This document shows positions 1-12,400 of a stretch of DNA of 64,000 nucleotides, piece after piece (the stretch's first letter is position 1; each line of letters begins with the position of its first letter). The notes below the pieces were generated by a model that saw only the letters and a program-made list of their open reading frames with translations, searched no databases and was not told the origin of the DNA. This stretch comes from Klebsormidium nitens (lineage: Eukaryota > Plantae > Klebsormidiophyceae), in the NCBI GenBank assembly GCA_000708835.1, contig DF237068.1, positions 48,923 to 112,922 of the forward strand, written 5' to 3'. A program made the position numbers and the translations under genes.

Positions 1-1269
1 CCTGATGGAGAAACGTTTGCAATCTCCCCAGACCCGGTTCCTTGACTTGGCCTTTGAAAGTGGTGAAAGCTAGCTGAGAACTAATAGGCACGCCGGGAGA
101 GGCTTTATTAGCAACTACTGTTGTACAGAATGAAACTTCATGTCTTCTTTTCTCTTTCCTTGCATGCTGTCCGAGACGTCTGCTGAGTTAGTGATTCCTT
201 GTGACATATCCTCGAGATTGAAGGGTTGTCAATTGACGGCACGAGTCACGACCCAGCAGATTGCTGATGCATGTGCCACCGAAAGCTCGGCTGAGTATCG
301 GCATGCGTTGACACGGTTTGACTGGTCCTTTGCTGTCCCACACTTTCACAAGAGTGCTTCCAGCGATGCCCACTACTTGATTATGCCAGGTAGGTAACGT
401 ATTTGGCCGTCTTCAGCTCTCAGTGCGCAACAATCAGAAAGTAGCTACTCATGATGCATGGGATCGCATGACATTGTCTTTGTAAGGCGAATACCGCCGT
501 GAAAGCACTTGTACTACCGTATCCATTGTCATATATAGCTGCCAGCATTGCCAGCGGGGGGCCGGTGCGCAACTGCAGACAATGTTTTTCTGCAAAAGCT
601 GGGTAATATGGTTACGTAATTACTAATTGTGACGTATCATGACGTGATAAGCTCAGCTGCTTAACTCTGAGCTTAAAGCCCAATTGGTTACATCTATCGT
701 GCATCACTTCCAAACAGAGGACCTGGCCCGTTGGGCCCAAAGCTTCTGGCCGTATTCTTCTCGTTTCTATTACATGTTTTAGCATTTTTTTTTAACTATT
801 TTAGAGAGTATTTCTCGCAAACACGCATTCCCTCACCTCCCTGGACTTTCTGCTGCCCGGTAGAGCAGTTCGCAGGCGTCCGCCAAAAGCGGCGCCGCCT
901 CTTGACACATCAGCTGATTCAGTCAATGCGCAAGTAGAAGGTATTAATGCGAAGCTGGCGGGGGACCCGGCCGGGTGCGGAAATGGAAAACAAGGAGCTG
1001 CAAAAGTCAAACCACACAATGCGTATCACTCCGCATTGTTCTCTTCCGTGATTTAACCGGGAGTCGTTGGATGTATCAAATGTGATGCATCAGGGAAGAT
1101 GCAATCATTGGGTTTTGGGTGTGCCCAGATTGGTTTGAAGCTTAGATTTGAAGCAGCCAGCGCCAGCATTTTCAGTGCAGCCTGCACAGCCTGCACCATC
1201 CAGTCAATCAATGCGGTTCCTTTTTTGAAAGTTAGTTAGTCTCCCGAACCTGTCCGCCACAAAGCAAAT

Positions 1270-2338
1270 ATGGCTGCTTCGGCAGTTACCGAGGGTGTCT
1301 CCGCCTGGCTGACCCGATTTGGAATGGCGCTTCCAGCGTGCTGACGCTGTCCTCGCTTGCTTTGGCGACCCGTGCTTCTGGCGCGACATGGCAGCATTCA
1401 CGTAAAACATCATTACATTGGAGGGCAAGTCGCAGATCCTCGCAATGGTTGAGGCGACGATGCAAACCAAAACTTTCCGCCGGACGGAATCATTGGTCTG
1501 GGCCATCGGCGGGCGGCCGGGTATTACTACGATAAGGGGGCGTCGCAGCTGATAGCCGATGGGCGGGTGAGGGTTTGTGCTGGCCTCTTATGCTTTCTGC
1601 CTTCAAATGGAATCCGCAACCTGAGTACGTACTTTGGACACGCGCCCACGTTCCGAATGCCAACGCGTAAATCAATGCTTGTGCCAAGACCGCTGCGTAA
1701 AACAATCGACGGAAGTACGAAATTTTTGCCGTTATTCATTCTGCCTTTACCGGACTACCCGCCCGTTTGAGCTAACTTGAGTACTCGGCTGCTCGAAGTA
1801 TCGTACATTTCTTGCCAGTCTTACTATCGGATAGGCGACCATTCTACCGTCAAAGATCCTGCTGTCGACGTGCCAAATTTCTCCAAGCCCTCCAAGTCGC
1901 AAAACGGCAGATCGCCGTTCTAGTGCAACCGTTGAAACACCGCTTCCGTTTTCCGCCGGAACAGGTGGCGCTCCGCCACGGAACCGTCGCTCAGATCCGC
2001 CCGCGCTCCGTTCTCCTCGCGGACGGCGGGGAGCTCCCCGCTGACGTCATCATGTACGCCACCGGCTCCGGCGCTGTGACGGAGGCTGTGGCGCGGCTGA
2101 CGTCACAGGAGGTCGCCGCGAAAGTGGGTTCCGTATGGGGTTACGGCTCGGGGCTTGACGGCGATCAGGGGCCTTGGGAGGGGGAATTGAGAACGTGTGG
2201 AAACCGACGGCGCAGGAAGGGCTCTGGATCATGACGGGGGCGCTCTCGCAGACGCGGTTCGCATCGCTTATACTCGCGCTGCAGCTCAAGGCACGTGCCG
2301 TGGGGCTGCCGACGCCGGTGTATGACATGGCGGGGTAA
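1270..2338 (+). pseudogene. Flavin-containing monooxygenase (bacterial CzcO/TrkA-like FAD/NAD(P)-dependent family) pseudogene with internal deletion
   Basis: Across frames it reads MAASAVTEGVSAWLTRFGMAL/(fs ~1333)ADAVLACFGDPCFWRDMAAFT*NIITLEGKSQILAMVEATMQ. This matches the family N-terminus (F..D.YWRDL.AFTWNI.T.EG), with W replaced by TAA at 1403-1405. It joins directly (~1475) to GLGHRRAAGYYYDKGASQLIADGR (family RRGSGYYIDVGAS.LIA.G). A GT-AG intron spans 1567-1964. The last exon reads VALRHG...ELPADVIMYATG...GPWEGELR/(fs ~2192)NVWKPTAQEGLW...LALQLKARAVGLPTPVY, with stop at 2336-2338. Confidence 0.85.
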
Positions 2339-2833
2339 AATGAAAGCCGGTGCTGCTAGACAGTTGTATAGTGTGTAGTATACAAAGTGTGCTTGAGTTA
2401 ATTTGGAACGGTTTTTGAGAGAATGTGATTAATACTCATGCTGTTCAAACAATCACAATTCTCGAGGTGGTCTTCAACGTACAGTTCAGTCGCCTGCTGA
2501 CGAACGAGAGACGCCTTCTAGAATCTTTCCGCCTTTGCGGCCGGCTTGAGTAGAATAATGTTAACCAGACTAAGAATAAATCTCGTTGGTCTATCGAAGT
2601 GGGTTTTCTGCCTGTGACTGAAATCGATTAGTTAGATCTGAGAGTGTTTCGATCGGAATCAATCAAGCCACCGGCCGTCATTGAATTGGAAGCGGGCTTA
2701 CAGCATCCTCGCCGTTCTCCATTACAGACAAAAGAAGGTCTGAGTCACAGCCGGTCTGGCATGTTAGAGCCCAGGGAACACTGGCAGGTTGGGTCACGAG
2801 ACCAAGCCGTTTTCCCACCAATCACTTATGTCA

Positions 2834-3700
2834 CTATATGGTGACCCCGCGCGCGCGCGGGCAGAAGAGGGTCCAGGCCCGCCGCCAGCTGCGGCGCGGC
2901 GGCCCGGCCGGCTCTCGGCTCGTCGGACCAGCGCGCAAGAGCCCGGCCTGGCTTGCTCCGAGTCGGCGCATGTACGAACGCATCCATGCATGTAGGTTAT
3001 GAAGAGCACCCCAGATTCGGCATTCAAAGTCATAGCGCACCATGATAACGAATCATAAGTTGCAGACCGTGACCGGCATCCGATTGTCCAACAGGGATCC
3101 ATGCAACATCGTATAGCCATCATCAAGTGCCCTGCACGCGGGGCTGGGCCGATGATCATTGGCAATGATGAAGAGTGTGAAGAGTGCGTCCCGAAGCTCA
3201 GGGCCAGTGGCGGGCGGCTTCAATTGGCATGCATGCATCGATAGTGTTCATCTAGTCGCACGGACCAGCGCTGACCCCTCGTAAATCAAGGATTCATCGC
3301 CGCTATCATGATCGTAAGGGGGTCATGCGACCATATTCATAACGCGAGCTTCTAATACTAGTTCCGACCGAAGAAACTGAACACGTGGGATCGACAGCTG
3401 GCGCCCCGGAGCATCTTAGTACGTCATGATCATCCCAAACAATCATGCGGCATCCTCCACACTTGTCGTGATTGAATGAAGCAATCAGCTCGCGTTCATT
3501 CGATACTGGTGGATCTTCTAATATACTATAGTAGCGGTTTCGCAGGCTTTGCCCCGCTAGCATTCAATGCCACAATCAACTTGCCAGCGAGCTCAAGTTC
3601 TCGGCTTAGTCTGCGCTTAAGTGGTCGAAAGGTCGCTCTCAATATAGGGAGTGGATCGACATCACGCAGTCATGTTAGGCGTACTCAGATGTTTTGAACG
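2834..3700 (-). pseudogene. Possible decayed coding fragment, unknown product
   Basis: Minus-strand ORFs 3053-3238 and 2834-3043 are in one frame separated by a single stop, and protein-like frames continue to ~3700. No family motif recognised. Confidence 0.2.
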
Positions 3701-5305
3701 GATCATGCATCACGATGAAATATCCAGTCCGGTGAGAATCAGGCTATTCAATGTTCAGTATACTTTGACTGGTTGAATACAGTGCTGCCGGACGGCAGCC
3801 TAGCTGAGCTAAGAGCATCATTTCACTTTTGCTTCTCTCAACGGTCCCTATTTGACAGAGAGTATTTGGGGCCTTCTGTCTAAGCAGCGTCCGTTCGAAA
3901 GAGAGTCTTGCGCGTATACATGCCTGTTTCTAGCTTCAAGTCTACCCCTAGTCTAAGGAATGCCCAGAGAGATGCCTGTGGCAGTCAACCTGCAACAGCA
4001 AAGAAGCCGTGTGTCAAATTTGCTGGTTTTGGAGATAGTATGGACTGCAATACGTACTGAAGCTTCCATCCTACCGGATCTACCCAGGCTGTCAGTAACC
4101 TGTGGCGCGGATGCCAAAGGTGCCGAATCAAGTATATCGCTTGACGGAGTGCCACGTACGCTCCTCCAACGCTTCGACATTTATTGCGGTGCATCCAAGT
4201 CGGGAAACAAAACATGCGGCCTTAACTAGGACAAGAGATATGAATACATTAGCGCAACTTTAATTCGGAGAATGGCTTCATGTTAGCACCTCAAACCTTC
4301 AACTGGGCGGTGCCCAGATGAACCTCATGGTCAAATCCCGGCCGCTGATTCGCACATTTAAGGAATCTAATAGAAGGATTGGAGGGGCTTTGTCCGGAAA
4401 ACGTCCATTTGGAGATGTAAGGTGGCCGGTGGGAAATGAGATTAAACAGATTCGTGTGGATAGTCTGCCGTCGCGGCTCAAAACGAGCCGTTATATAGGC
4501 CGACGTTGGAAAGAACTCAACTCTACCGACTCTAAGTAACCGTCCGTTTTTGGCCTGGCACTTCGAAAACTCCCAACCTTGCCCGGACAGCTTCCCCTAC
4601 ACTTATACATAGACCATCAGTTAGATGCAATCAGCAGGCCTGATAGCACTCTGTTTTTAGATTCTCATTGACACCGTGAAGAGGCACTCTAGCATGTGGA
4701 GAATTTCTGCGACTTCGATCAAGGGATTCCGCATATGCTAGAAGGCCGGCTTAAGTTAGGGACGACTGGGCTTTGGTCGAAACCTCGAAAAGGATGACTG
4801 GCTACGACAACCGAGTGCCAGCTGAGACCTCGTCCTTGCCCGTCGAGCTGACGTCCCTCTTGAAGTAGTTCAGCGTTGCGAACCTTCGTGTGCAGACGAC
4901 TGTGCGACTCCTCTGAACCTCAGAGGATCGTGAATGAAGCTGAGAAAGCAAGAGATACTCGAATTGTGCCCGGGCGATCTTCAATCTCAAAACAATTTGA
5001 AAGTGCAAACGAAGCGGATCGCGTCACCGCCGGCTATGAGACAGAATCATTATGTGGGGAAGTGAGATAATTCTTGACAGAAAAAGCATGGGCCAAGGAA
5101 CTGCCCAAAATCCGGAGCGCCGACCTACTTTTAGGATTATGATAGCATTGAACGTTGAAACGCCCTGAATCATCACAAATCATTGCTCAAGTTGTATAAC
5201 TCGAGATGTAATCAACGAGCTCTGTAGGTAAGTTTTGATGATGGCGTCAGAAGTGGACGAAGGACGATCTGGTCGATTCAATGCCCAGAAGAGTGCCACC
5301 GATCA

Positions 5306-6150
5306 ATGCCGCATGGTTGGGGCAAACGAATCATAACAGCTGAATTGACAAGGCCTTTGAATCCACGAACGCATAATCCGTTGACAAGATTAGTTTCTCA
5401 TGTGACAGATCAAGCTGGAGACTATAAACAGGACTTGGTTTTTGGCCCACGCCGGACGGGCTCTCCGGTGTTCAAAAGGGCAGTTGCGCCCTGCAGAGAA
5501 TACTGGAAGCCCCGTCGACCAGAATACGAGAAGCGTTCAATGTATCAGAGTTCTTACAACACATGCCAGCCAGGCGCCGGTATCTAATTTTGTTGCCGTG
5601 ACACTCTCTACACGAGCAACCAGAAGGCTGTCAAGTTGCATCAAAAGCACGGGAAAGGTAATCCTACACTTCCGGGAGACGTAAGTGACAGTGCGGCAGA
5701 CCGGAAAGTCGGAACGGAACGGAAAAGCATAATGCAAAAAGTCTGGCTAAGTCGGACTGCCTAAATAGATCGAAAACTAAGTCGAATCATCTCGATATGC
5801 CGTTCGATCTAGAAGAACACTGGCTCAACGATTTGCTGATTGAGATGATGCCAATGGTCACGGCACATGCACGGCATCGATCGTCGCCACGTTTCTGTGC
5901 AGCTTGCGCCCATCTTGCTAGTGAAACGGACGCAGTGAAACTTGGTCTTTTGTTCTCGTTGCTTCCACGTCGGACGCACGTGGCAAGAACAATGCTTTTT
6001 ATTGTTTTAAGCTCGCAGACGCGATTTGCTTGTAGACGGAACTTGGTCACATTCAATCTATCCACCAGTGGCTTCGAACCCCCAGGGCCCACCCCTGGAA
6101 GGTCTGGTCCGAAGTGGAAGAACCAATCGCGTACCGTGCCCAAACTTCGA
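5306..6150 (+). pseudogene. Subtilase (peptidase S8)-like relic
   Basis: 5844-5888 translates DDANGHGTCTASIVA, matching the S8 catalytic-His motif (D.NGHGTHxASxxA). Weaker upstream GKRIITA/IDKAF (Asp-motif-like, frameshifted) and downstream NLVTFNLSTSG (VINLSLG-like). No Ser motif found, and flanking stops are present. Confidence 0.38.
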
Positions 6151-6429
6151 TGAATGTATCTCGCGTATCATTTGTAGACCGTGCCCCTTGACGTTGCGTA
6201 CGAAACACAGCACTCAACGTCTTCCAAGAACAGAGAATGGGGGATGCATTCCCTCTGCTGAATAGTGAGCACTACAATAGCTGTACGGAATTCGTCGAAA
6301 TGCAAAAGAAAACGCACCATCTACCATCTGGCTATAAGCGCAGCTAGTACACTCATGGAGCCCAACCGGCCTGAAAGCCCGTAAAGGTTGACCATCAGGG
6401 CTATATTCAAATCTGACTTTAGGACGGCG

Positions 6430-9400
6430 CGATCAGGATTGTTCTGACGAGCAACTCTTTCCATCTTGACACAGATTCATACGTGGTAGCATGAGTCCCA
6501 GTACGACATCTAAAATTGACAAGCCAGTAATGGCATCAGCAATGCTCACGGCAAGATCTGGGCGGTCGAATCGCCCAGGGGCAGCGGCCAGCCGATTACG
6601 GCCGCATGCTTTTGCAAAAAGAGAACCATGCAAGCGACAAGGCCTTCGGATCCAAACGCACACGGTGCGGTCCCAAGAGAAGTCTCCCAGGAACTCGGAA
6701 GTGTTCACATGTCAGCTGGATACCAAAGAGAACATTTGGTTTTCGACCCACGCGAAAGGCGCTTCCTTCGGCCGGTAGAAGTTTCCGGTGCGTCCCAAGG
6801 AGAAATACGGACCGGAAAGCTGCATCAATCAGAAGACACAACTCGTACATTTGACCTCACTCTTCAGACCACATACGATTCATGCCCCTGAATTGACTTT
6901 TGGGACTCTGTATGACCGACCAGAAGGCTGTCAAGTTCCCAGCAAAAGTACGGGTTCAAAGGCACTGCCCACTTGCGGAAGCATTCTTGGCAGTGCAGCG
7001 GACACGAAGGCCTCAATTAAAATGCATCGAACTCAAAAGTTCGGCCAAGTCGGGCATAAGAACCTAAACGGCATACGAGTTCCGTCTGGGTGAAAGGCAC
7101 ACGGGCTTAACGTTGAGTGAGGTGCAATGCAGAGTGCTGCATTCGATTCAAGCTAGTGCCCATTACTGGTGAGATGCCTAAGCCACTGTTGTTAGAGAGT
7201 GTTCTTTCTCCAGTTTTATGAGTTCTACTATTACCTGAGTGCTCTGCAACCAGGAACTGGGCCACCGGCGCTGTACTGAATCGACTACCACGTCAGCACG
7301 CTCTCCATCCTTGTCCGCCCACCTCTCGTCCGAGTGGGCCTTAGCTTAACAACCCGAAAGCCTCTTTGATCTAAGGCAGCTATTATCCGCACCCAGGGTT
7401 TCTGCATCGACAAAGCCAATCATGCAAATTACCTAGCAGTTAGTGCTAACTTCTTGAGGGCAGCTTCGCGCACACATTCGTCAAAGCAGAGATACACGCA
7501 CTACTGCGATCCTGAAGCAGCAACCTGATAAGGCTTCTTGCTGAACGAAAAGTGGCATCAGTTGTTTCGTTCCACAAATGGACAACCTGAACTGGGCCAG
7601 AAAGCGGGCACCCAGAATGGTAAAAGTTTTCTCATAGCCACGATCAATAGCTAGTTGACGAAGACGCAATACTCGAAAGGCATGCATGTCAACTTTTTAA
7701 ATGTACTCTCAGAACTCGTTCGGGTTGCAGGCTTGATTGAACCTAAAGTGAATGCAGTACGGGCACGTCGGAGGAGGGCTGATCTCACTAGAGGGATCAC
7801 AAAAGACCTTTGCCAAAAGCATCAGGCCGAGCTCGTATCAGTAACCTGTGCATGGCTTTGCACTCACTTGAATGCCGGGAGAAAGATTGAATAAATCAAA
7901 ACCAGCGCAGTACAACTGGGTCATCGACATCATTCGGCGTCCTACAATCTGTCCGTAAGATTGTACAGGATTCATACAATATTGTTTGCTGCGCCGGGAA
8001 TCCGCACTCAGGAGTTCTTTTTATTGTTTGAAACAACTAGATGGCGAATCGGACATCTGAGGAGAAGACAAGAGTATAGGGGCCAGGTGAATCGCTTGCT
8101 GACCCACTAAGCTGGAGACAAAGGCTGACGTGTTGGCAATCGCCAAACTGCACTTCACAGATCAACTTCCGCAAGGTGAAGTACTTGTATGACCGAGCTG
8201 GCAGCTTCGTTAACGGAATCAGTTGCATCAGGAAACAACAGCAGCTCCTGGCGCTTTGGCGCCTTGAAAACTTTCTGGTTTCTCACAGCCTTTGGTAACC
8301 CTCAAGATTTGTGACCGCATGCTCGGAACAGGAAGTCATGGAAGCTCAATGGCCGGGACCAGGCTGACGGACGTCAGCGGCTTTCAAGATCCCTGTCTAG
8401 AACCATAGAACCTTTGTAAGGGGACAAAGCAATGAAAACGCTCGAGTCCTCGGCTCGAGTTTGAGGCTTTGGCTCACTTTTTCATGCAGAGTTCTTTGTT
8501 GCCACAGTCACCACCTCGGAGCCACGAATCACTAAGAAAGAGGGAAGCGATTCACGGAGTTGGGCGGCTGACAGCATGCAAATACTTACGATGGTGAGAG
8601 CCAAGTCTGGCCCCGGATAAATACTCTTAAGATGTGCAAATGATTTTAAGCATTAAGTTTGCACTGAACGTAACTCAGAGCTAGAAGCGAAAGCTTAGAG
8701 ACCTACCTTAGGAATGTCCCGTACAAATGTGACTCTACGTCGAATCCTGCCGAACATCCCCGGGCAGTCCGAGCCCAAACCACGCGCAAGCGAGGCGAAG
8801 AAACAACAAAGCAAGCAAATCAGACTGCGAGAAATCGAGCTAGGAACCTAGCAGGCTGCCCTGCGCTTCATCAGCGCATGCGCGGGTTCCGTTGCGACGC
8901 GCGCCTAGGGCGACCTCCAGTGAAACTGGGTCAGATCAACCTACCGGGGATACACTCTTCGTAGCACCCGGCGCATGATGTTTTGGTGCGAACGAGTACC
9001 CCGCACCCGGGGGATCCCCCTGGCTTCGCCGCAGGTCGCACTCCGCCACATCCACGCTGACGTCAGCACTGCCTTATAGATTTTGAAAAGAGTTATTGAT
9101 TGAGAGGCAATCAACGATACACGAGGAGCCCTTGCAACTAGTACGTGGGTAAGCTTTCTATCCATTCACAGCCGGTTGCGCCAATTTACAGAAATCCCAA
9201 TACGAGCTGCCGTGCAAAATCTTGAAGAGGCCGGACAAACTGGGGACGCCTCGAGCGAAGAAAGAGTACCCCCAGATGCCCAACAAAGCTTGATTGACAT
9301 ATGCTGAGAAGCACGTCGGATCAGGACGTGAAGGGAAAGCGGCATAGGCACTGGCACCGCCCAAGTGCGCCATTCAGTCACGGCCAGTAATTCTGGCTAG

Positions 9401-12400
9401 AAGGGACGAAGCAAACTCAACCGTGAAGAAAGGACCGCATGCTTTCAACTTCGACGTATATGGCAACATGCTTTAGCAACACTTTTTATTCGACTTGGCA
9501 GCGTTTGAGACAAACTTCAAGTTCGATTCCATATCGGGCTCACTGGTGGACGATAGAATCCACTCCCGCCACTCTGGGCGAAGAGTGCCCACTGGGTCGG
9601 CCAAGATCGTTGCCTTTAGCAGTAACGCCTCAAGCTGCGCAGAGTGGGAAAAGCGCCAAACAATGTTGGCTGGGCAAAATCACAGAAAGAAACAACACGG
9701 TAGGAGGGAAAAGCTAGCTTCAGACAAAAAGTTTCCCTGAAGGCCTCAAAAGACGGGTCTTGGTTTAACAGTCCGATTGAATAGGATCTGTTTTCTGAAC
9801 GCTTCAAAAATTTTGTATCCTTCAAAGAGTACATAGCTTGGCAAAGCCTGAGCAATTAAGCGGTAATCTGCAAGGCTGCCGGCAGAGGTAGTGGCTTTTC
9901 TTCAGAGTGGCGGTGCCAACTTGAATGGCACTGGCGGTATGTACCGGCCCACCCGAAATCAAGCCTTTAAGAAGTGAACAAAAACGTCGTTAGATCCACT
10001 ACATGGGTTCAGCATCTCCTGTCTGTGCCGGCTGAATACGAGGCACGCCGCGTTGAAAGCATCCCAGCCATACTAGCCTCTATAGGATTCGACGTTGTCC
10101 GCTCAGCTCACATCAGCAAAGCGGGACGCCCGCTCTGTCATAAAACGCAACGTGCGCGTGCGCGTTTATCCCGTCATTACGTACTTTGCATTAAACTGCA
10201 GGCACCCAAACGACTTGATCTGCGCAGCCTGTGTGACTTATGGACCGAGTCACAGACTGATATATACCAAGCTTTAGAAAAGCTGAAACAGGTCGATTAC
10301 AACTCGATCATTACCGCTTGGATGCAGTTCACACGAGCTGTCTTCCCGCTTGAGTCTTTGCGACCTGGCACAATGCAAAGCAGAACTCTGGGGGCGAACG
10401 CATTTTTTCTTGAGGAGGGTTTGAACAACCGGCGGACAGTATCAAAGCTAAGCTAATTCAGATGCTGTCAGATGATACTTGAATCAACCGATATCGAAGC
10501 AAGGATGTCCATTCGAAGCTTCCGCCACAGGTCCATTTGAGCGAAGGACATTGCAGACGATCCCTTCTGAACAAGGACCTCGTCGAAGCTGCTGGCAAGC
10601 AACGGTGCAGGCCGACCTGGATCCGTCACGCATCTGGCCGTCCGGATGGGCTCAGGGACGGCCCAAATCACGCCAAGTCCTGTCCAAGGGCCCACATCTA
10701 CTTATGTGATAGAGACTCTATCCTCGTATCCGATCTGGATGAGGTTGCGCTTTACCAGGAGCGTTTCACAAGCCGGACCCTGGGAACATCCGCATGCATC
10801 CGAGAGACGTGACGATGGTACCAGTCTGATTCGCGAGCCCGCGCTGTGGGTTTGCGAGACGTCCGGGGACGTGTGATCGTCCTGGCATACGACCGCATTT
10901 TACGCATGCACGAATATTGGTCAAGGGGGGGTCAAGTCGGTAACAGCAACTTAGCCCTCATCTCACAGCGAGTTCTCAATTTATTTCATACTTCGTGTAG
11001 TTTCATCACCTGGGCAGGAAGCGAGGGTCAAGAACGAACGAAAGAGCCGGAGCTAAAGAACTGCAGACAAGCACGCAATACCGCCGCCATGCGGCGAAGA
11101 CGATAGAGATCTGGATGCACTCAAGACCCAATTCTCCTTTACACTCGAGTCGATCTTCGACCCAGAAGAAGTTAATAAAGACGGCAAGAGCCCGCGCGCC
11201 CGCGTGTGTTCTGAAACTCCTACTACAAGTAAACACTGTAGTTGAGATTCCGCTTTCAAAAAGGCGGGTAAGTCAGTCCCAATAATCGTTTCATCATTAC
11301 CTTGCTAGCACGGGTTTCAATAATTTCTTAGCTGACGTGAACGGCCATTTCTGCAGATCCGACTTGAAGCTTCACAAACTGCTACCAAAGCTGAGTTTGC
11401 CGTCGATCGAAGAGAGCCGCCTTGATAACGTTTAGGTTACCACCGATTCTCGGTACACGGCAAAGGCTGCCAGATGAGTTGCAGATTTAGAAGAAGGGGG
11501 CCTCCATCTTAGACTGAATCTGCAGAGGTACCATGAATGACGTCATAGCAAGGCTTACGCAACACTCTTTGAGATGGTCGATCTCAAAAGTAGTGTCGTC
11601 CTTGTCAAACTCAATCAAAACTGGAAAAACCCTGGCCACTTGAAGTTGACCTTCTAGCAAAGATAGAGGCCAAGCACGTGCCAAAGAGCAGATAGATCAC
11701 ACGGTCTGGAGAGCCACCCTTCTTTTAGTTCCTAGTCAACTTGAAAGAGCCCAGGCTGTGGAAACTAAACGATTCGATTCGGCCGTCAACTTTCACCAAC
11801 TGATTTCGTTTGTAATATCCAAGAACCTCGTTGTGGCATCAACCGAGTTCAAAACGTCCTACGCGGAGGCTCGACTCGCCCTTGAAACCAGCCGATCACG
11901 GCCGCTCTCTTAATTAAGACTGATCGAAGTGGGCGCAGACACAAAAATCTCTCGAAACCAAACGCAAGTCTGGAGAAGTTTCATAAGTGCTGGCCGCTCG
12001 ACTCGACGACAAGTGACAAAACTGGAGATTCGTCTTAAATAATAAACAGACGCCAAGGGCGCTCTGTGAGTGGAAGGATCAACTGCGCCCAAAGAAGAAG
12101 TTGACCAGAGACGCCTCTCTCAGGAGAATGCACACGCAGACAGGAAAACGCGTCCATCGTGAATCAGTTTCAACAGCACATGCCAGTCAGGCGCCAAAAG
12201 ATTCTCGGAAACCTCCGAGAGCGTTCTTCAGGGTGGTCAAGTTGCCAGCAAAAGTGTGGGACCAGAAGCTGCCCACTGTTCCCAAGCTTCCGGGTCAGTA
12301 CGGCAGACTGAGAGCCCTCCATAAAGAGCATCAAACAGTTCGGCCAAAATAGCCAGATAATATACCGTGCAGCTTTTGTGAAAGTTCTGGTTGGTTGGTG

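Noticed and set aside
5797-6265. EEHWLNDLLIE...PRTENGGC as a Ulp1/C48 protease
   Set aside because: No HW catalytic motif is present, and another frame gives a much more specific subtilase HGT motif.
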